From Octopus sinensis (taxonomy: Eukaryota), in the NCBI RefSeq assembly GCF_006345805.1, contig NC_043020.1:4464001-4528000 (forward strand): a DNA stretch of 64,000 nt. The letters are read 5' to 3'. The notes below the pieces were generated by a model, which ran no database searches, was not told the DNA's origin, and was given only the letters and a program-made list of their open reading frames with translations. This document shows positions 60,638-64,000 of the stretch, piece by piece (within the stretch, counting starts at the first letter, position 1; each line of letters starts with the position of its first letter). The position numbers and the translations under genes were made by a program.

Positions 60638-62305
60638 CATACAAACATACATGCACACAGACTGGCTGTCCCCCTGAAAATGTATCTGCATTTTAACCAT
60701 TGGCAACGCAATTTTCATTTCTTTTGAGATTTAACTCATTAGAAATAATGAAGGAAGCCAGACTAAGCTTTGAACAAAGGAAATTTATCTTAATGAGCTA
60801 CTAGAAGTTTGAAAATGCAGTTGATGTGCAAAGACATTTTCAGAGGAAATTTCAAACAGAAACTTACCATCACTCAAACTAGAGATAAATTTAAAGTAGA
60901 TTTAACTGTTCAGAAAGGCCACACACACAAAAAAAAAAAAAAAAAAACATTCTGGAAGACTGTAGATATTGATGAGCCCCACAGAACAGGAAATGATATC
61001 AGAAATGTATTGCCAGAGTTTGAGAAAACTGTGACAAGCAAGTTGTGAGAAAGGAGTTTCAGAACCAAGCATCTGTTGCATTTTGAAGTACTGTCATCAG
61101 AAAAGTTACATTCCAAGATTAGTCCAGGCTCTCATTGATGTGAACTGGACTGAAGAGTGGAACTTTGCTGGAGAGTATGCAACTTCTACCACCTTTTACA
61201 AAGGTTGTTTGGAGTGATTAAGACTACATTTACATTAAATGGCTCAATTAACCACACTATCACACCTACTGGGGACTTGAGAATCTGCACATAATTTACC
61301 AGAAGTAGAGTGTAGTTTATCATCAAAAGGATTAATTGGACCATTTTATCTTAACGGAACTGTGACTGGTTACATTTACTTGAACTTGCTGTGACAATCT
61401 GTTGTACCAAGCATTCAAAAGAACTTTGAAGATGTGGAGATTTATTTCTAGCAAAATGGGGTACCTCTACACTACCATAGTATTGTAAGTGCCTATCTTG
61501 ATGAGATTTTGCCAAACAGGTAGTTTGAGTGAATGTGATCAGTATAATACCATCCATGTTCACTTGACTTCATACCCTTAGACTTTTTTTTTTATGAGAA
61601 TTCTTAAATTTCACAACATGAAACTGGTAACAGTTGACAACTGGAGAGCAGCCATTGAATGAGCGTACACATAAGTATCAAATGAAATATCTCCTGATGT
61701 TTGCCATTCCATTGCTTAATATTATCAGCAGGACCTATACCAGAATGGTCAGCAGTTTGAAAACAAGTATTCATAAAAAAGATTTATTTCTCTTTTTGTA
61801 GATTCTATTAAATTTTGAATATAAATGTATTTTAAGAACACTGATTTTTTAGTCATTTAATGTGTGTATATATTTATTTGGAACATCCTCTGTGGGCGTG
61901 TGTGTGTGTGTGTACTTATACATGTGTGTGCGTGTGTACTTATACATGTGTGTGTGTGTTTGTGCTCAATTTCCATCTACCAGATTCTACTCACATGGCC
62001 TTAGTCAACCTAAGTGTATGGTAGAGAAGTAGAATCAAACCTGGAATTGTGGTTGCAAAGGGAGTTTCTCAACTGTGTTGTTATGCCTTTGTGACTGATA
62101 CTATTGTTGCTTGCTTGCTGCTGCTGCTGCTACTACTACTACTACTCTTTTACTTGTTTAGGATGTTTGGTATGGTAGTTGAACGTCTATATGTCATAGA
62201 TCTTCAGAAAGTCTCTGGCAACATTGAAAGGAAGATCTGTGCTTTGGGTGTGACAAAACTTCTCACTGAAGCACCAGTATTTCTGACGACTTATGAATCA
62301 CTTTG
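528..62305 (+). CDS. CSE1L: Exportin-2 / chromosome segregation 1-like (importin-alpha export receptor); multi-exon partial gene span, 20 exons in window
   Basis: Spliced exons give an uninterrupted ~750-aa frame collinear with metazoan CSE1L ([75 protein letters not shown]). All intron phases are compatible. Confidence 0.97.
1790..2760 (-). mobile_element. Old RTE-type LINE fragment (APE endonuclease region)
   Basis: Minus-strand translation [10 protein letters not shown]...[15 protein letters not shown]...STNFRK resembles the RTE endonuclease GDFNGHVG...G.RN..G..LL.F motif; contains stops. Confidence 0.6.
3017..6510 (-). mobile_element. Degenerate Sola2-like DNA transposon, interrupted by SINEs
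   Basis: Minus-strand motifs [38 protein letters not shown] and [19 protein letters not shown]-starting terminus at 3017 fits the GRG ends of Sola2. Frameshifted. Confidence 0.7.
5891..6437 (-). mobile_element. Composite of three tRNA-derived SINE units (MetaSINE-like central domain)
   Basis: B-box GAGTTCAAATTCC and a GCCTTTCATCCTTT..GGTCGAT..ATAAGTACCAG-type core on the minus strand, core repeated three times; flanked by a 14-bp near-identical direct repeat. Confidence 0.75.
6986..7076 (+). CDS. CSE1L: CSE1L exon 2/20 ([15 protein letters not shown]...QLFI)
   Basis: ttccag / gtaaga, 91 nt. Confidence 0.95.
7772..7912 (-). mobile_element. CORE-type tRNA SINE (other copies near 1410, 10695, 15180, 20735, 26330, 50365, 53035, 61965)
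   Basis: Minus strand GGTTCAAAGTTCAGTTCC...GCACCTTGAGCAAGTGTCTT, resembling the CORE domain, ending in a (TA)n tail; recurs through the window. Confidence 0.65.
9471..9578 (+). CDS. CSE1L: CSE1L exon 3/20 (TTMQLAENH...FYSLNYQ)
   Basis: ccctag / gtaagt, 108 nt. Confidence 0.95.
11440..11532 (+). CDS. CSE1L: CSE1L exon 4/20 ([10 protein letters not shown]...DNKLLQTQ)
   Basis: ttgtag / gtaaac, 93 nt. Confidence 0.95.
12255..13005 (-). mobile_element. Truncated mariner (Mos1-like) transposase pseudogene
   Basis: ORFs 12653-12943 (HTH; [22 protein letters not shown]) and 12255-12662 ([20 protein letters not shown]); frameshifted, 3' part missing. Confidence 0.9.
13031..13238 (-). mobile_element. 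RTE LINE 3'-tail copy
   Basis: (CAT)n tail plus GGATGCCCTTCCTAACGCCAACCACTC, the reverse complement of the 3' UTR of the RTE at 22731-25390. Confidence 0.85.
13678..13850. repeat. 173-bp near-perfect palindrome
   Basis: 13678-13750 is the reverse complement of 13778-13850 with 2 mismatches; central perfect palindrome AAGAAAAATTTAGCTAAATTTTTCTT. Confidence 0.95.
14777..14944 (+). CDS. CSE1L: CSE1L exon 5/20 ([18 protein letters not shown]...VKYDL)
   Basis: atacag / gttagt, 168 nt. Confidence 0.95.
17388..18197 (-). mobile_element. RTE LINE 3' fragment (RT C-terminus plus 3' UTR)
   Basis: ORF 17832-18212 ([12 protein letters not shown]...RPRKTW) is near-identical to 24681-24956; (CAT)n tail. 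Confidence 0.92.
18475..19753 (+). mobile_element. Full-length decayed mariner (1279 bp) with TIRs and TA target-site duplication
   Basis: 25-bp TIRs TTAGGTCATCAAGTAT(A/G)AAATTTGT with 1 mismatch, flanked by TA on both sides; QDNTRP...[16 protein letters not shown] (DD34D-type); stops and frameshifts. Confidence 0.95.
21012..21141 (+). CDS. CSE1L: CSE1L exon 6/20 ([12 protein letters not shown]...PNMQFR)
   Basis: ttgcag / gtgagt, 130 nt. Confidence 0.95.
22731..25390 (+). mobile_element. 5'-truncated young RTE-clade LINE (RT with embedded PHD finger), few disablements
   Basis: [58 protein letters not shown]; 3' UTR ends in (GAT)n. Confidence 0.95.
25392..25690 (+). mobile_element. CR1/L2-like LINE 3' end fragment
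   Basis: [24 protein letters not shown] matches the CR1/L2 C-terminal RV...WN.LP..V......SFK motif. Confidence 0.65.
26934..26999 (+). CDS. CSE1L: CSE1L exon 7/20 ([21 protein letters not shown])
   Basis: tactag / gtgagt, 66 nt. Confidence 0.95.
28156..28265 (+). CDS. CSE1L: CSE1L exon 8/20 ([12 protein letters not shown]...QALLQ)
   Basis: tggtag / gtttgt, 110 nt. Confidence 0.95.
28530..28622 (+). CDS. CSE1L: CSE1L exon 9/20 ([23 protein letters not shown]...QTQK)
   Basis: tttcag / gtaaac, 93 nt. Confidence 0.95.
29238..29322 (+). CDS. CSE1L: CSE1L exon 10/20 ([15 protein letters not shown]...LQSAD)
   Basis: tttcag / gtgagt, 85 nt. Confidence 0.95.
30858..30919 (+). CDS. CSE1L: CSE1L exon 11/20 ([20 protein letters not shown])
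   Basis: tttcag / gtaagt, 62 nt. Confidence 0.95.
31339..32160 (+). mobile_element. Penelope-like element remnant: GIY-YIG C-terminus plus pLTR region with hammerhead motif
   Basis: 31339-31590 reads [11 protein letters not shown]...FNLEWNI...PY...CSLCNGE...[14 protein letters not shown], the typical Penelope endonuclease tail; hammerhead-like motif downstream. Confidence 0.75.
31882..31969 (+). ncRNA. Decayed type I hammerhead ribozyme motif
   Basis: TTCC-CTGATGA-(long stem II aagattgcattg/caatgttgtctt)-GAAA-catata-TT-GGAA. Confidence 0.6.
32606..33924 (+). mobile_element. Helitron 3' fragment with PIF1-like SF1 helicase and intact 3' terminus
   Basis: [57 protein letters not shown]; terminal hairpin CCCG-AGCATCGC-CGGG followed by CTAG|T. 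Confidence 0.93.
34071..34207 (+). CDS. CSE1L: CSE1L exon 12/20 ([11 protein letters not shown]...[14 protein letters not shown]...NTAM); GC donor
   Basis: ttgcag acceptor; the only nearby phase-compatible donor is AT|gcaagt; 137 nt. Confidence 0.85.
34776..34879 (+). CDS. CSE1L: CSE1L exon 13/20 (IGTADIQQF...SSENEYAMK)
   Basis: ttgcag / gtaact, 104 nt. Confidence 0.92.
36536..36738 (+). mobile_element. RTE LINE 3'-tail copy
   Basis: Near-identical to 25210-25390; (GAT)n tail. Confidence 0.88.
36760..38607 (-). mobile_element. Decayed piggyBac transposon (5' terminus intact, 3' terminus lost)
   Basis: TTAA|CCCTTTAGTGTTC terminus at 38607; [52 protein letters not shown]-terminal [10 protein letters not shown]. 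Confidence 0.92.
38650..39420 (-). mobile_element. Highly degenerate LINE reverse-transcriptase remnant
   Basis: Order of weak motifs (QWLVSF..., a degenerate G.PQG..LSP equivalent, DDMTL) resembles a non-LTR RT. Confidence 0.4.
39696..39793 (+). CDS. CSE1L: CSE1L exon 14/20 (IMRCLSAL...[10 protein letters not shown])
   Basis: ttccag / gttagt, 98 nt. Confidence 0.95.
40540..41720 (+). mobile_element. Older RTE LINE copy (RT plus decayed PHD finger)
   Basis: [42 protein letters not shown]...IQCTQCKL; collinear with 23200-24370 but more diverged. Confidence 0.88.
41789..41939 (+). CDS. CSE1L: CSE1L exon 15/20 ([13 protein letters not shown]...EILRQDVQ)
   Basis: tttcag / gtaggc, 151 nt. Confidence 0.95.
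42587..43850 (-). mobile_element. CR1-like LINE 5' fragment: ORF1 with CCCH finger plus APE endonuclease
   Basis: LYHPPNA...[12 protein letters not shown] (APE); upstream ORF with [22 protein letters not shown]. Confidence 0.65.
44598..44794 (+). CDS. CSE1L: CSE1L exon 16/20 (FVPYVFQIL...[17 protein letters not shown]...PDKL)
   Basis: tttcag / gtaact, 197 nt. Confidence 0.95.
44801..45160 (-). mobile_element. RTE 3'-UTR copy immediately after the exon 16 donor
   Basis: (CAT)n tail at 44802, GGATGCCCTTCCTAATG core. Confidence 0.8.
46280..47449 (+). mobile_element. RTE LINE 3' fragment (second 3'-UTR subfamily)
   Basis: [12 protein letters not shown]...VDSFRYLG...WYGHVVRM; 3' UTR with tandem GTGGCAC.TAAAAAGCACC units. 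Confidence 0.92.
47810..47907 (+). CDS. CSE1L: CSE1L exon 17/20 ([25 protein letters not shown]...LP)
   Basis: ttccag / gtaagt, 98 nt. Confidence 0.95.
48791..49150 (-). mobile_element. Non-autonomous Helitron-like 3' end
   Basis: Minus strand CCCTGGCAATGCTGGG hairpin followed by CTAG|T; same architecture as the end at 33897-33924. Confidence 0.55.
49769..49854 (+). CDS. CSE1L: CSE1L exon 18/20 ([28 protein letters not shown])
   Basis: tttcag / gtaagt, 86 nt. Confidence 0.95.
51071..51316. repeat. Compound (TA)n/(TG)n microsatellite with higher-order unit
   Basis: Three copies of GTGTGTGTATATGTATGTATATATGTATAA within TA/TG tracts. Confidence 0.9.
51326..52330 (-). mobile_element. Penelope-like element remnant (RT C-terminus, deleted endonuclease, pLTR with hammerhead)
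   Basis: [23 protein letters not shown]...[10 protein letters not shown]...[11 protein letters not shown] matches the Penelope RT thumb/linker; 28-bp direct repeat at 51326-51353 and 51679-51706. Confidence 0.85.
51508..51601 (-). ncRNA. Type I hammerhead ribozyme motif (cleavage triplet mutated)
   Basis: CACACG-CTGATGA-TGGGT-caat-ACCCA-GAAA-CtcggG-AC-CGTGTG; perfect stems I and II; stem I extends to ttcccatc/gatgggaa. Confidence 0.8.
52356..52529 (-). mobile_element. RTE 3'-tail copy
   Basis: (CAT)n tail, GGATGCCCTTCCTAATG core. Confidence 0.8.
53653..53921 (-). mobile_element. Young RTE 3'-tail copy
   Basis: Near-exact reverse complement of the tails at 25210-25390 and 58360-58540. Confidence 0.9.
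54291..55153 (+). mobile_element. RTE LINE 3' fragment (second subfamily)
   Basis: [15 protein letters not shown]...[11 protein letters not shown]; tandem 3'-UTR units; (GAT)n tail. Confidence 0.92.
55766..55847 (+). CDS. CSE1L: CSE1L exon 19/20 ([12 protein letters not shown]...IDNIQAK)
   Basis: tatcag / gtaagt, 82 nt. Confidence 0.93.
56439..57130 (-). mobile_element. Old RTE 3' fragment
   Basis: (CAT)n tail, tandem 3'-UTR units and decayed RT C-terminus on the minus strand. Confidence 0.75.
57146..58540 (+). mobile_element. Young RTE LINE 3' fragment including intact PHD finger
   Basis: [36 protein letters not shown]...CGRC...VDSFRYLG...RRLRWYGHV; (GAT)n tail. Confidence 0.95.
58811..58882 (-). 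ncRNA. Decayed hammerhead ribozyme motif in a Penelope-type repeat
   Basis: Minus strand CTGATGA-tgga...tccca-GAAA-CAGCTG-TT; palindromic stem III; stem I poorly paired. Confidence 0.45.
59040..60470 (-). mobile_element. Degenerate BovB-like RTE LINE (distinct family)
   Basis: [26 protein letters not shown]...[14 protein letters not shown] on the minus strand. Confidence 0.7.
60655..61893 (+). mobile_element. Degenerate Tc1/mariner-superfamily element
   Basis: N-terminal [10 protein letters not shown]...[31 protein letters not shown] and [10 protein letters not shown] motifs; decayed terminal inverted repeats. Confidence 0.7.
62162..62305 (+). CDS. CSE1L: CSE1L exon 20/20 (MFGMVVERL...[21 protein letters not shown]...SLW)
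   Basis: ttttag-type acceptor (gtttag) / gtaagt, 144 nt; the gene continues beyond the window. Confidence 0.95.
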
Positions 62306-62675
62306 GTAAGTAACATTTACTCATGATGATGTTGATGTGAGGCAGGTTCTGAACCAAAATCTGTAATTTGCCCATGTTGACCATTGTTCTTTTGTTGTCA
62401 TTGTCCTTCTCTTTGTCACCAAAAATGAGTTACGGTATTTCTACTAAGTCTCTTTGTCCTGAGGTTAACTTTACTATTAACTACTAGGAAGGTGGGGATC
62501 AACAGTCAGATGTCTCACCTCAAAATTTGTGTAATGAATCATTATATAAGTACCAGTCATGTATTGGGCTGATGGTATCAACTAACCCCCTCCTCTCAAA
62601 ATGACTAGCCTTCTGCCTAAACTCAAAACAATTATTACTGCTGTTGCTGCCGCCGCCGCCACCACCACTACTACT

Positions 62676-62898
62676 AAGGCAGTAAGCCAGCAGAATTGTT
62701 AGCATGCAGGGTAAAATGCTTAGCTGTATTTCATCTGTTTTCACATTCTGAGTTCAAATTCTGCCAAGATTGACTTTGCCTTTCACCCTTTTGGGGTTAA
62801 TAGAGTGCCAGTTAAATACTGGGGTCGAAGTAATCAACTATCCCACTCTCCACAAATTTTAGGCCTTATGCCTTTAGTAGAAAGGATTATTTTTATTA
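62676..62898 (+). mobile_element. Near-complete tRNA-derived SINE (same family as 5891-6437; others near 26630, 35040, 45405)
   Basis: GAGTTCAAATTC B-box, GACTTTGCCTTTCACCCTTTTGGGG core, (ATT)n tail. Confidence 0.75.
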
Positions 62899-63301
62899 CT
62901 GCTACTTTGACACACAGTGTAGATGCAAAATGCAATTTTTTCCTTTTAGGCTGTAACTATTTGAATGGGGAATTTGTTAACTTTGGCTTGTCTTAGATAA
63001 GGATAAACTATTTATTATTGTTACTAAATTTTCTACTGCGACCTTCACATTCCAAGACTACCATTAGGTACTGGACAAGAATTCAAGATTATTTTTACAT
63101 TTTTCTTTTACTTAATTTTTTAGGGCGGTCAGGCTCATTTTTAGTATTCTAGTTTGTGAGAGCAGTCGAGTTTATTTCAGATATTTTCATTTTTAAAATC
63201 ATCTTTGGCTAATCGTTGTGAGTACCAGTTGAGTGCTGGGATCAATATAATCGACTATCCCCCTCCCCCAAATTTCAGGTCTTGTGCCTATAGTAGAAAG
63301 G

Positions 63302-64000
63302 ATTATTATTATTATTGCCTTTGCACAGCTTCTAATGCTGGAGATGTACTACGGTGTCAGCTCTTCACTTCACTACCAGTGAATTAAGGTAACACCTCTT
63401 ATTTTTCGAGCACCTTCCAGAGTATTCGAGTGGTTCCAAGCAGTGCTGTTTTCTGCAAGTGCTTCACCCTTATTGCAGCCCGTATTTGTTCCACATACTT
63501 CTTGAGATTTTTGGTCACTGTTCCCAGGTCTCTGACAATTATTGGTACCACTGCTACCTTTTTCATCGACCACAACTGCTTAACTTCCCAAGCTAACCTG
63601 TCATATCTCTTGACTTTTCTTTCTTCCTTATCGCACACCTTGTTGTCAGCTGGGCATGGTATATCTATGATCCAGCATAGTTTGCTTTCTTTATTAATTA
63701 AGACTACGTCTGGCTTCCTATTCTCTGTCTCATGGTCGCACTGAATCATAAAATCCCATAGGATCTTTGCATTTCCATTTTCGACGATGCCTTTAGGCTT
63801 GTGGTCATACCAATTTTTTGCTCTGTCAAGTCCATACTTGTAGCAAACTGTCCAATGGACAAGCCTGGCTATATTGTCATGGCATCTCTTATATTCCTTC
63901 AGGGTTAGTGGCATACATTGGCTGGTAATATGCCATACGGTTTCACTGTTTTGTCCACAGATTCTGCACTTATCACTTTCTGCTGTGTTGTCTATTCTGT
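63302..64000 (-). mobile_element. Dong/R4-clade non-LTR retrotransposon 3' end (CCHC knuckle plus restriction-like endonuclease)
   Basis: CRICGQNSETVWHITSQC, YKRCHD, ILWDF, RKPDVV...IID, K..RY; (TAA)n tail; runs off the window. Confidence 0.88.

Noticed and set aside
62049-62161. Poly-Leu 'signal peptide' ahead of exon 20
   Set aside because: (CTG)n/(CTA)n microsatellite in the intron upstream of the acceptor; CSE1L homology starts at 62162.

Overview
AT-rich, microsatellite-rich eukaryotic (animal) DNA. The repeat families suggest a coleoid cephalopod, probably Octopus; this is inference. The whole window lies inside one + strand gene encoding exportin-2 (CSE1L/XPO2/CAS). I traced 20 consecutive coding exons (528-62305, 2249 nt, about 750 aa) with consistent reading phases; the N- and C-terminal exons lie outside the window. 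Eighteen introns are GT-AG and one appears to be GC-AG. The introns are filled with decayed transposable elements: RTE LINEs and their 3'-tail copies, CR1-like, BovB-like and Dong/R4 LINEs, Penelope-like elements, two tRNA-SINE families, mariner/Tc1, piggyBac, Sola2-like and Helitron. The most notable observations are: a C4HC3 PHD finger embedded inside the RTE reverse transcriptase; several type I hammerhead-ribozyme motifs in Penelope-derived repeats, one in a 353-nt retrozyme/pLTR-like unit; a 173-bp near-perfect palindrome; unexplained structured intronic hairpins; and inverted RTE pairs flanking exons (candidate dsRNA for editing or back-splicing). All homology calls come from recognised motifs, not database searches. 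Most TE boundaries are approximate.
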